Shown here: one piece after another, positions 47,775-59,500 of the stretch
Layout of the letters: the number at the start of each line of letters is the position of its first letter
How positions within the stretch are numbered: position 1 is the first letter of the stretch
Assembly (NCBI GenBank): GCA_001179505.1
Contig: CDMY01000276.1
Coordinates: 62,001 to 126,000 of the forward strand
Origin: Vitrella brassicaformis CCMP3155
Taxonomy: Eukaryota; Protista; Chromerida
Reading direction: 5' to 3'
DNA length: 64,000 bases
The notes under the pieces: generated by a model
Told to the model about the DNA's origin: nothing
Databases searched by the model: none
Seen by the model: only the letters and a program-made list of their open reading frames with translations
Made by a program: the position numbers and the translations under genes

Positions 47775-49317
47775 ATGGACGCACGCGCACATGCATTCTT
47801 GCCCGGCGGCCTCAAGACGACGTCCATTCGGCGAGTCGTGTGGCCGAAGATGCTCGGCCTCCATACGTCAGGACTCGACGATGGAAGCTGGCTGTCTGTG
47901 GCAGAGGAACCACTGAAAGATGGACGCCAAGTGGAAGTACGCACCTGAAATCACACACATCACACACACAATCCTGATGCTCGGGTCCTTCCTTTCATTC
48001 AGCTCGATGTGGTGCGCTCGGTGGCCTACTGGGACATTCACCGGAGGCTGTCAGCTGCCGAAAGGGGAGAGAAGAGGGCTCTTTTATCTTGTGTGCTCAG
48101 GGCGATTCTGCACCGTCATTCATCGCGCTTGCGGTACTGCCAGGTGAGCGGAGAAGGACAGCCAGAAGGCGCCACGCAGACAAGCACGAAGAGGGGGATA
48201 GCCTGTGCCTGTGCCTGCTGTTCTCACACAGGGGTTCCATGACGTGTGTTCCGTCTTCTGTGAGGTGTTTGGCTTCCCAGCAGCCTTCCACGTGGCAGAG
48301 AGGTTCACTCTGTATTATGTGGCTGACTGCCTCGGCGCACCATTTGTCGACGCTGTGATGCCGCTGCTGCGCCTCGTTGGCACTGTTGTCGACCAAGCGG
48401 ACAGAGAGGTGGGGGAGATCTTCCGGCGAACCAAGATGGAGATGCAGTTTTGTGTCCCCTGGCTGATCACGCACTTCTGCCACGTCCTCCCGAGCTTCTG
48501 GCAAGTCGCCCGTCTGTTTGACTGCTTCCTTGCCGCTCCCCCCTGCTTTGTCCTCTACCTGTCGGCTGCTATCGTCCTCTCCCAGAAGGAGCGCCTGCAG
48601 AAGGTCATTCACCACAGCCACGGTGACGCTGAGGGAGAGTCGGGGTGCTACTTCGCCGAGATCCATTTTCTCTTCCAGTCCATCGATTGGGGGAGGCTGC
48701 CGCTCGAGAGAATTATCAAGAAGGCGAGGTATCTCATGGAGCATGTGGTGATCCCGGACCGGCTGATACGAGTGGCCGAGAGGCGTGGGATCTTGCTGCC
48801 CCCCTTCTCCCCCATTTACCACTCCCGGCTCCCTTGGTTTGTCACTCGGCACCCAGTTATCGTCACCCTGCCGATGCCAAGTCTGTCTGCGTCCCCCGCA
48901 GAGTCGGCAGCTGATGATGATGACGATGCGTGTCACTGTCTTAGCAAGGAGACTTCGGCGATTGTATCAAGGTGGCGGAGAAGAGCTGACACGAGCCGTC
49001 ACCGTTTCCGACCGTTACTCGCCTCGACTGACGTCCGCGGCTTGTCGGCCTCGCGCCCTCCCCCCTCATCTCTTCGCTCGTGTTGCCCTCCCGTCTATCG
49101 GCACCCAAGCATGTGGGACACTCAGGGTCGCCCCGCCACGGCTGTCAAGCGAGGCCATGTGTGGGGATGGATTCGGCTGGCGACGTCACTCGGCACGCTG
49201 AGGGGCATCAGAGGGATGATCAAGGGGATCTGGTCCTCTCCATCAATGCGGCGGGCAGCGGCCGTGTTCCTGTTCCCCGTGCTGGTGGCGGCCTTTGTCA
49301 GGCTTTTCGTGAGATGA
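47775..49317 (+). CDS. TBC1D20: Rab-GAP TBC domain protein of the TBC1D20/Gyp8 type
   Basis: GGLKTTSIRRVVWPKMLG, QVELDVVRS (Arg finger), YCQGFHDV (Gln finger), FCVPWLITHFCHV, VARLFDCFLA and C-terminal TM AVFLFPVLVAAFVRLF. Confidence 0.88.
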
Positions 49318-49682
49318 ATGTGTCGACTCTCTATCTTTCGTCTCGTTGAATGTAACGTAGTTGTGGCATTTGAGGTTGTATCGACGCTTGAGACCATAGA
49401 GATGCACACACACACACGTGAATCATACAGAGTCAGAACAAGTACAGCGGGCGGACCAACATGCCTGAACCTCATGCGGCGAGCACTGGTCAACAAATGT
49501 GCTCGAGCTACACAAATAACGTCGACAGAAGCGCCACACATGTATACATCGGCTCACAAACAGTTGCCGGCATTCACGTCTCCATATGCACACTCCGATT
49601 TAACAGCGAAAGGACAGCTTCTCTCACTACACATGCGCGAACATTGTCGCACACTTGCTCCGGACGGGCGGCGCGCATCAGA

Positions 49683-50519
49683 TCAGCCGACGGTCCTGAG
49701 TGACTCCTCTTCGATTCGCGCCTTTCTTGCCGCCCTCTCCTCAGCCGTCATCTTCTTGTTCTTCTTCTTGCCGGACTTCTGGTCACCTTTGCTGCCGGGT
49801 GTGGCATCGCCTCGCTGTGCTTGGCTGTCTGCCTCCTCGCTGCTGGTGTCCTCGCTGTCTGTGCTGTCGTCTGTGCTGTCGTCTGTGTCGTCTGTGTTGT
49901 CTTGGTCTTTGTCGTTGAAGCGAGGGCCCCTGACGAACTCCTGGCATTCTGGTGCCTCGGGTCCGCCCGTCTCGGCCTCGCGGGCATAGTCAGACGGCAG
50001 GTCGATGGGCTGGAAGCCGTCCTTGATGGAGCCCTTGATGGCCTTCCCACTGTAGCCGTTGGGGTACATATGACCTGAGCCAAGCAACCCACACACAACA
50101 GCGACAGGATTGACGCAGACAGAACCAAACGTATGTACGCACGCACCTCTGACGATGACGGTCGTGTCGTCGTAGACGCCGTCGACGGGCAGCAGTGTCT
50201 CTCGCCAGATGGGGAACTTGGTGTGTGGGTGTGTCATGTGGCGCTTGAAGAGCAGCCGCCCCTCCTCGTCCAGCAGCTCGTACCAGTTCATGTACTGGGT
50301 GCAGTCCTTGTCGGTGCTCGTGTACCGCACCTTCAGCACGTAACCACCCGAAGTCCCGTTCTTGATACCCAGGTCCAAGATGTCGGCGTGGGGCGGGCCT
50401 TTGTGCTTGCCCTTCTTCTTTCTCAGCACGTTGGCCACATCGTTGGAGGCGCACTCGGCCTGCTGCACCAACAGGAAAGCGCCAAGGCAAACAGCGGCGA
50501 AGAGCTGGGAGCGGGCCAT
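49683..50519 (-). CDS. Secreted protein with a bacterial-type uncharacterised beta domain and an acidic/basic tail; one intron
   Basis: Signal peptide, then ADILDLGIKNGTSGGYVLKVRYTSTDKDCTQYMNWYELLDEEGRLLFKRHMTHPH...TTVIVR|GHMYPNGYSGKAIKGSIKDGF. Phase-1 GT-AG intron at about 50075-50148. Confidence 0.8.
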   Translation of the reverse strand: MARSQLFAAVCLGAFLLVQQAECASNDVANVLRKKKGKHKGPPHADILDLGIKNGTSGGYVLKVRYTSTDKDCTQYMNWYELLDEEGRLLFKRHMTHPHTKFPIWRETLLPVDGVYDDTTVIVRGACVHTFGSVCVNPVAVVCGLLGSGHMYPNGYSGKAIKGSIKDGFQPIDLPSDYAREAETGGPEAPECQEFVRGPRFNDKDQDNTDDTDDSTDDSTDSEDTSSEEADSQAQRGDATPGSKGDQKSGKKKNKKMTAEERAARKARIEEESLRTVG

Positions 50520-51009
50520 CTGATGTTCTCCTGTTAGAAGGTTAGAAGTGCTTCAACTGGAGAGAGAGTGCTGCAACGGCTCAACGGTCAGAACGGCGGA
50601 GAAACAGGTGGGGGAGGCCAGAGAGCTCAGAAAGATCAGATCCGATCACTGACAGCCTCTGTCCTATTGTTTCTGTCCATTTGGCTTTTCTCTTCGGCCC
50701 CGCCCGCAAACCTTCCCTCGCCATCGCCTGTCGGGCCATGTGGGAAACTCGGCATGATGTGGGTTTGGATGGGCGGCACTCGCCCCACATCCATGAGCAG
50801 CGGAGCAACCAACCGCGTTCGCGACGCAGTCGGGGGATGGTCCATGGGTGGGTGACGGAGGAGAAAGGAAGCTCAAAGGACCAATCTGCCATGCAGAGGC
50901 AAGCAAAGCTGCAGGCACACCGATTGTGCGCCACTGAGTCTCGCCGAAGGGCCTTCAATCGCTTGCAACCTGCTCCTTTGCTTCTTTGTCATGCAGCTTC
51001 GGTTGTTTC

Positions 51010-54000
51010 ATGCGCGGCGGGACAGCCCCTATGGACTTCTCGGTCTCACGGTCAACCAACGACATTGATGAGTTCAGGTATATGGCTGGGGATGCGATGG
51101 CGTGGAGGAATGGGGGAATGGAAGACTGCTTGGATGCGTCCTGCTGGCCCCATGACGAGTCACACACCGACGAGCTGTCGGATGCCTCTCAGAGGCAATC
51201 GCGAGACAGCCAGCGGACGGCGATCCATCTCATCCACAGCACCAACGACAACAGAGACACACTCAAGGGGACCAAGGACGAAAGCGATGGGTAGGGGGGA
51301 CGAAAACAATGATAAGAATTCTGGCTGAGGGGAATCCGTTGTCCCTTTCCAGTTCTGATGCTGAGGCGTTTCCCGAGTTCCATCCGCCTCCCTTCCCTCT
51401 GCCCCTCCCCCTGCCCATCTCCTCCATACACGGCCACTCGGCCTCGAGCACCTCGTCCCTTTCAGTGCGATCCCTCAGCGAGCCAGAGGACACGCCAAAT
51501 GCGGAAAAGGAGGACCTGGAGCAGCCGCAACCACCGCCTCTACTGTTCCGGAAGGCGAGATGCAAGAAGGACAACGAGAAGAGCACCAAAGCAGCGGCCA
51601 TTGAGAGGAGGGCAGAGACGGCCAATCTCGAAGGCGTCTGTAAAGGCTTCGCCGACTCGCTTCTTTCCGTGCCAAAGAGGAGCGTCTCTTTCTGCACTGA
51701 GACGAGTGAAGAGAGCGACAGCCCGCCGGACAGAAAGAGCCCATCCCCGAAAGCCCAGCTGATCACGTCGACATCTCGGTCAACAGTCGGTGTGCCCGTC
51801 TCCGAGCTGACGTTGAGACCCATGAGTGGCGCGGGGGCCTTGGAAGAGGACAGCCTCAGCGAGCGCGAAGAGAGCCAGGAGCCGCCGCGTCCGCGGACGG
51901 CAAAGAAGAGTGGAGGGCCCGGCGATGGCGACCACCTCCCGTCGTCCCATCACTATCTGTACTTTAATCCTGACACGTATGGTACTTCTTCGCCCTATGC
52001 CGTCCCTCTGGCCAAGAAGGCCCCCCTGGAGCTGATCGCTCTCTCCCCAGGACAGCTCAAGCTGACCGCCAAGATGCCAGCGCCATTCACCACCCCCTCC
52101 CCCCGACAGCCTACCAAGACCGGCCTCCCCACAACAGCGACCACCGCCGTCAGGGGGCCGCCATCTCGCCGACAGCAGTATCGCAGCGCCAGGACAAGAC
52201 CCTCGTCCAAGAGCTTCTCAGGGCAGCCGGCGAAGAGCAGCCACGGGCCAGCATCGACAAGGCGCATGAGCACATCGGGGGCGGCACTTGACTCAGCCCT
52301 CCAGAAGGAGACAGTCTCTCGGCTGACCGGCTTGCCCTCTAAGAAGGCCGGCACAACCGCTGCTCAGTTTGAGAGGGCAGCACGGTTATTGCGGCTGTAC
52401 GGCCTGACGGACAATAGCAACAACTCCAATCGCTCGCCACATGTCAGCAGGGCTGCATCTCCGTCCACACTTGCACAATCAGGCCACAGCAGCAGAGGGG
52501 CGGTTGGCGGTGGCACCTTCCCNNNNNNNNNNNNNNNNNNNNNNNNNNNNNNNNNNNNNNNNNNNNNNNNNNNNNNNNNNNNNNNNNNNNNNNNNNNNNN
52601 NNNNNNNNNNNNNNNNNNNNNNNNNNNNNNNNNNNNNNNNNNNNNNNNNNNNNNNNNNNNNNNNNNNNNNNNNNNNNNNNNNNNNNNNNNNNNNNNNNNN
52701 NNNNNNNNNNNNNNNNNNNNNNNNNNNNNNNNNNNNNNNNNNNNNNNNNNNNNNNNNNNNNNNNNNNNNNNNNNNNNNNNNNNNNNNNNNNNNNNNNNNN
52801 NNNNNNNNNNNNNNNNNNNNNNCCCTCCCACCCTCCCCGCCCCGCCACCGCCCAAGAGAGCAGACAGAGGCGACAAAGCCGCTGTGGATCCGGCCGGCCT
52901 GTCAACTGAAGACAGCCCCGCTCATCCAAAAGCAGACGAGTCGCCGTCGTCCGCCGCCCCTGTTCACGATCTGGACGAAGAAGAGCTCTTCCCAAAGTGT
53001 CCAATTACCTCAGAGATCGCCCTTGATGTCAATGAGTGGTCGGCTGGTCCAGATGAACCGCCAGCAGCCGCCGATGTGTCGCCTCCCAGTGTGGATGTGC
53101 TGCACGCGTTCGACGCGTCGCGCCCCGTTTCCGCCTATCGGCCGCTCACCCGACGCCGGTCCGGGGCCCGGAGCGCTGGGCCAACGAGGACGGCACGGGA
53201 ATACTTCTACAAGGAGATGCAGCAGCACCAGCATCAGCACCAGCAGCAGAGACAAGAAGAGCCTCAGAGCCGCGGCGATGACCACGTCGCCGACACGTGC
53301 CGTGCTTCCACGTCTCACAATGAGGGTTTTGGTCGGTTTGGTCGATTCAACAAGCGTCGGGGCGCCCCCGTCCCTTCTGGAAGCTCACCTATGGCCAAGA
53401 GGTTAGCTAACTCGGCTCTTTTTGTCGACCCCCATCCACATGCCCACCCCCAGCCCCACCATCAGCAGCAGCAGCCTCAGCACGCCGCCCATACCACTGA
53501 GAGGAGCAAGATGATGCCCACAGAGCAGGCCTTTGGTGGTCGTGGTCTACGGTCGGGGCGTGGCAGCGGCAGCGGTGCCAGCCTGTTCTCATCTTCTCGA
53601 CGGGGGGGCGCACCCACCCCCCAACGAGCGTGGATGAGCGGCAGGGGGACTGTTGCTGCTGCTGAAATAATGAAGGTGAGCCACACAGAGAAGGAAGGGC
53701 AAGACTCGCGGCATGTAATGAACATCGGCGTGTGCCTGTCTGTCTGTTGGTTGCAGGATGGGATGGATGAGCTGCCGTCCCGCCCCCGCCCGCCCGCCCG
53801 CAAACCCAACCCGACTCACGCAACCGGCGGGCTATTCGGGGATGCGGCTGCACTGCAGGTGTGTATGGATGTGTGTATGACACATAAGACCTATATGTAT
53901 GAGAGAGACACCGGCCAGGGTGGGTGGGTGCCGTTGTGTGCAGCCTGCCTTTTCCCGCCAGCCGCCGGTCGAGAAGGAGCGTCCGCCTATCCCCTTTGAG

Positions 54001-55118
54001 ATATGGGATCTGGACCGACCGCCCAGCAGACATAAGTCACCGCCCAGGGCTCTCCATCTCGACCCACCAATCGCCCCGCAGGAGGACGCATGTGCTGCCG
54101 ACCAGCCGGCGGCACACGGCGACATGCCGGCATGGTCAGTGAGTGCGTGAGTGAGACACGAGCCGGCTGCCGTATTTCTATCTCCATCTGTGTGTTTGCG
54201 TCTGTCTGTCTGTCTGTTTGCAGTGACGACGTCTTTGTGGACACCACTGTCCCCCAGACGAGCAGCGTCGAGGCCGACCTGCGGGCAGCACCCTACCAGC
54301 CTACACCATGTACGCAACGGATGCGTGAGCACAGAAAACGAGGTCACGGCACATTCATTGGAAGCAATGTGATGCACCCGACATTCATTTATGTACGCGT
54401 GCATGTGTGTATGTATGCGGACAGCGATGGGCCCCCTGGACGGAACGAGCCCGCCCGGGACATCAAGCGAGGAGGACAGCTCGAGTGGGTCCATGGACGG
54501 GATCGTGATTTTCGACGACCTCGACGGCACGGATGACACCGACGAACGTAAGAACATACGGGGGGGGGGGGGGGGNNNNNNNNNNNNNNNNNNNNNNNNN
54601 NNNNNNNNNNNNNNNNNNNNNNNNNNNNNNNNNNNNNNNNNNNNNNNNNNNNNNNNNNNNNNNNNNNNNNNNNNNNNNNNNNNNNNNNNNNNNNNNNNNN
54701 NNNNNNNNNNNNNNNNNNNNNNNNNNNNNNNNNNNNNNNNNNNNNNNNNNNNNNNNNNNNNNNNNNNNNNNNNNNNNNNNNNNNNNNNNNNNNNNNNNNN
54801 NNNNNNNNNNNNNNNNNNNNNNNNNNNNNNNNNNNNNNNNNNNNNNNNNNNNNNNNNNNNNNNNNNNNNNNNNNNGGGGCTGACCTGTGTGGTGTGGTGT
54901 GATGTGATGTGTATTGATTGATTGCATGTGTGGTGTGGTGGGTGTGTCGTTCAGCCGGTCCGCATTACGTGGTGGTGTCCAACAGCAGCGCCGCCAAGAA
55001 GGACCAGAAGCCAAAACAGGTAGCTATGGCCATGCTGCGTCGTGAGAGAATGAACAAGCTCAGGTTTTGTGCTGTTGGTCCACCCCCAGGTCAATTTCCA
55101 GACGTCCCTGACGGCTGA
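51010..55118 (+). CDS. Large Ser/Pro/Arg-rich low-complexity hypothetical protein; both ends uncertain, crosses two N gaps
   Basis: Long open exons (about 51353-52522 and 52823-53675) with splice-flanked short exons downstream. No recognisable domain. Confidence 0.6.
52523..52822. other. Assembly gap (300 N)
   Basis: Run of N between C-rich flanks. Confidence 1.
54576..54875. other. Assembly gap (300 N)
   Basis: Run of N after a poly-G tract. Confidence 1.
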
Positions 55119-55743
55119 CTTCCTCAGCCTGTTCGCTTAAGTCAGTGACTGGCAGGCAGACACGTGGTGGTGTTCTTGCTCGCTGGTTGTGCGGGTGTTG
55201 CTCTGTGGGCGAAGAACGAACACGTGTGCATTTCCCGTGTCGGTTGGGGTGAATGAATACGTCACGCGTGTGGTTGATGGCTGTTTTACTTTCACACACA
55301 CGTTGAGTTGATGTGTGGACATCTTGACAGGCAGACAAATGAAGGGTCGCTGGTCCCAGCCACACATCCACACTCAGACAGATGCACATGCACATGGCGA
55401 TGCATCAGGCAAAACCTGTCTGTCTGTATGTATGTATGTATGTATGTCAGTTTGTCTGGCAGTGAGTAGGCGAGTCGGTCTGTACACTCAGAGGGACGCA
55501 CACAGCAGTCAGACAGACAGACAGACAGACAAACATGCATACGCACGTCTACCCACACATTAATTCAACCGCCACGTGTCCCCCCTTCTCTGCACACCCA
55601 TCCCTCCCTCGCTCTCTGACTCACCCAAGCACTGGCTAGCGCATCTACCACAGCACACGAGTGCCGGCACCTCTCCGTCGTCTGAATGAATGTGCAGTAG
55701 CCCACGAGCGGATGACATGCAGTGGCGCGTCGGTCGTCCACAG

Positions 55744-56428
55744 TCACAGGTCGAAGAGGACGTACTGCCCGTTGTTGCCCTGCCGTTTGCCGTACTCCTT
55801 CCACAGTATCGACACCTTGCGGTACACCCACTCCTGCACACACACACACACAGACGCACAAACACACACACGACCGCGCAGCTCAATATAGTATCGCCCA
55901 TCAACCCCACCCCGCCCCATCCATCCATCCATCCAGGTATCCGCTCATGTGATCACTAACCTCCGTCATGGGCTGCTCTTCTGTTCCGACAAAGAACATG
56001 AGGAAGCCGTCAAGTTTCTCGTCGTCTGTCAGGCCGTTGGCTGGCTCGCTGACGCCCTGTGGCCCTCTCGTCGCGTGGTGCTCCACCAAAGTCTGCAAGA
56101 TTCTGTCGGGGCCGAGAGAGCCTCCGTCGACACCGTGTTGTGTGGCCGCCAGCCGCTTGATGGCCCTAGCGGGGCTGAGGGCATGACGCCCGGTGCTCAT
56201 CATCTGACGCAACAATAAGAGATCGTCAACCGACTGAATGAGTCGGATGTATCTCGCTGGACCATGCAGAGCTGTGGTGTCCGCAGCATCTCTCTGTCTG
56301 TCTGTCTGTAATCCATACGTACGTACCTGGGAATTGAGCGCGTCCGTCCTCACATCGCAAACGTCGCAGGTCAGGTTTGAGCACACTTCCATCAGGAGAT
56401 GATAGTGCACGATCTCACACACATCCAT
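55744..56428 (-). CDS. Hypothetical protein of about 175 aa, 3 exons
   Basis: MDVCEIVHYHLLMEVCSNLTCDVCDVRTDALNSQ / RDAAD...FLMFFVGTEEQPMTE / EWVYRKVSILWKEYGKRQGNNGQYVLFDL*, with phase-0 GT-AG introns. Confidence 0.65.
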
Positions 56429-56475
56429 GGGCTAGGGGTGTAGGGTTACACAAGCAGGGTTTTAAACCCTTAAGC
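56429..56475. promoter_or_regulatory. Telomere-like motif cluster with the perfect palindrome agggttt-t-aaaccct (56456-56470) in a 117-bp divergent promoter
   Basis: Read directly: gggctaggggtgtagggttacacaagcagggttttaaacccttaagccc, between ATGs at 56428 (-) and 56546 (+). Confidence 0.5.
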
Positions 56476-56545
56476 CCATCCTGGAGGAGGCAAAACTACC
56501 GCCTCCCATGGCCTCTCCCACTCAATAAAACCCACACGCTCACCC

Positions 56546-59500
56546 ATGGCGAGCGAGATGAGGGAGGCGCAAGAAATATCCTTACCGAACGATGTCTTGC
56601 ACGAGATGGGCCGGCAGGTACGCACCAGAACGAAACATCATTGACCAAACAGCAGCATGCCCTCCTGTTTGCTCTCCCAGGTGGTTGCTGAGCAGCGGCT
56701 TGCAGATGGCCTCGACAGCCACTCTGAGTCACAGCAGCCCGAATGCGTCATCACAGGCTCAGAAGGACGAGGCACACCGCACTTCGCCGTCTTGGGAGGC
56801 GATTGTGGAGCACCAGCTGTGTTCTACGTGAAGCGACGGACAGTCTGCGGTCTGAGGGAGGCGTTCCAGGTCAGATCATCACAGTGGAGATGGAGGGATG
56901 GATGCTGTTCGCAGAGATGCACGCGTGTTTGTGTGTGTCTGTGTGTGTTTGTGTGTTTGTGTGTGTGTGGTGTGCGGCAGCAAGCTCTTGCTGAGCGGGA
57001 GAAGCTACCCGAGTGGCAGCTGTGGCAGCAGCAAACACATGAGCAGCCAGGTACCCACACACCTGATCAACCCAAAGCCACGCATCCATGTGTCCGTCCA
57101 TCTCTCCTGCAGACCCTGCTGCTGCTGCTGCTGCTGCATCACCAGACAACCATCACCTGCCGTCCCACGCCACGCTGCTCCGCTACGGCAGCGACCTGAT
57201 TGACCTGCACTGCAGCTCTCTCACCGACCCCAGGGACAGCACCATTGTCAGCCTCCAGTTCGCACACCTTCCTAGCACCGACACGTATGGCTTCGTGGCC
57301 CACTCTACCAAGGACGCGGTCAGGGAGGTGTTTGACTGCGGGGCGCGGGGGAGGGGCAGTGTCAGCCGCATGCATGACGCCTTCTTGCGGGCGCTGGCCT
57401 GGCGGGACGCCATGCTCAAACAACTAGGTGGGTGGGAGAGGGAGGGACACGGGGGGGACGGAGGGGTGGGAGGGTCGTGTGCTTATTCTTGGGCTGGGGT
57501 GCGTTGTGTCGTGTCAGTAGTCAAGAGTGAGCCCGCCGCCGAGCTGAGCCTACCACTGGGTGAGTGAGCCCACCGGCACAGACACAACCACACACGGATT
57601 GGGCTGTCTGCTGCCCTTACTTGTGCCCTGTCTGTGTGTCATGTGTAATGGATTGATTATTCAGGGGAGCCAACTGGCGTGTTTGGGGCGTGTGGGATGC
57701 CGAGGTGTCCGCCAGGTGTGGACGCGGCGGTCCACCAGCTGATTGTTGAGGAGGCCAACAGACTTATCGACTCGCACCGGGCAAAGGAGGGCAAGATGGA
57801 AAACGGCGCCAGACTGCCAGGCAAGCGCCACCACGACCCACCCACCGACCCACCGACCGACCCACATTCCTACCATTTCCCTCTGTCCCCTGCCTTCCTT
57901 CCTTGTCTGTCTGCAGGGTTTCACATAGGGTTCCGCGTGCGCTTGGACAAGAGGCACGCCACCAATCCGTACAGCTTCTGTGTCAAGGTCTGCCTCCCCA
58001 TCGCCCCCGGCGCGTCGCAGAAAGCCGACAGAAGGCGACACTTCCCCTTCCCGGGCCGGCCTGACGTGGTGGCGCGGCTGCCACAGGTGCTCGCGGAGGC
58101 CATGGCGCTCAGGGACGCCTGGAGAGACGAGGCGGCCAGGAATGTCGGTAGGGCAACAAGCTTGGTGCACCCATGGGTACCTCTAGATATCGATGTGGAG
58201 TGGTGTGTGGTGTGTGGTGTGGTGTGGTGTGGTGTGGCGTGGTGTGTTCAGCTGCTGTAGGTTCGGCGATGGCTTTGTCGGTTGAGGCAGAGGAGGCCGG
58301 CAGCGTCTCCCACTCCCACTCCCACACGGAGGGCGCCGACCAATCCATGACCGTGACCGACATCAAAGGTCGGTCAATCCACCAACCCACACACACACAG
58401 AGATCAAGAGAGGAACAGAGTCAGATGAGACCCCGCGCCCAGGGAAACAAACACTTCACTCTCTCCCGCTCCCCTCCTGTCTATTTCTCCCCTCTCTCCC
58501 ACCCAGCCGATGCAGGTGCGTCTGACGAGCACACCAGCCCCGTGTCGGCAACCACCCTGCCGCCTTGGATTGCCGCCCTCGACGCCAAGATCCGCCGCCG
58601 AGCGGACGACCTGATCCAGGCACAGCGCGCCAGGGAGGGGCTGCATCCCGGCGCACCCCTCTGCGTGACCTTCCATGGCTACATGCGGTCCAGTGGCAAG
58701 GGGTCCTCGAAGCGGTACAAGGGGTCCTACCGCTTCGAGAGCCACGGCGGCGGTGTGCCCAAGAGGGTGGTGTATGTGGGTGATTGCAGTGAGGACACCT
58801 ACTTCGCCATGGACGGCGCCTTTGCACAGGCCGTCGCGCTCAGAGACTGCCCCAACAATGCGTTTCGGCCGAGTGGTAGGGGCTAGGGGAGGGGGCGAGA
58901 GGGGGTGGGGCTCAGGTCAGGGAAGGGGTGCTGATTTATTGCGCTTCGTGTTGCTCTCCTCAGCTGCAGACGCCAGCAGTAGTGGTGCGCCCGGACCGAT
59001 CGCTACTGAGCAACCGACGGAAGGTGATAAGAGGCAACCACACAAATGCCGTTCGTTGTTTCCATGCGTATGTGTGTATGGTAGCAGTTGACGTGAGTCA
59101 TCTGGCGAGGGATGCCTCCCACCTGATGGACTGTATCGCCTCCCGGCTGCCCCCCTCCATCCGCCTGTCCTTCTCCCCCCACGAGCTCTGCTGGCGCGTC
59201 ATTTCCCTCACGCCCACGTGCCGCACCACCAAGGACTACTTCATTCCCGACAGAACACCCACGGCGCTCCGCCGCACTCTGACCGTCGCCACCAACATGC
59301 TCACCAAGGCACTGGGCATCGATCTGCCCTTCCCCGGACGCATCACGGATGACCCCGAGCTGCTGCAGGATGGGCCCGATCTGCCCCTGGGACATCCCAC
59401 CTACCAGTTCCAGCAGCAGCAGCAGCACCAGGAGGGGTTTGAACATGGTGGTGGTGGTGGTGGGTCGTCGGGTGTGGCGCTTTACGAGCAGTGGAGGGCG

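Noticed and set aside
51309-53999. 896-aa ORF and other ORFs running through N blocks (e.g. 6218-7045, 3207-3920)
   Set aside because: They are open only because N codons cannot be stops, and the 300-N length looks like a placeholder. They also read through introns.
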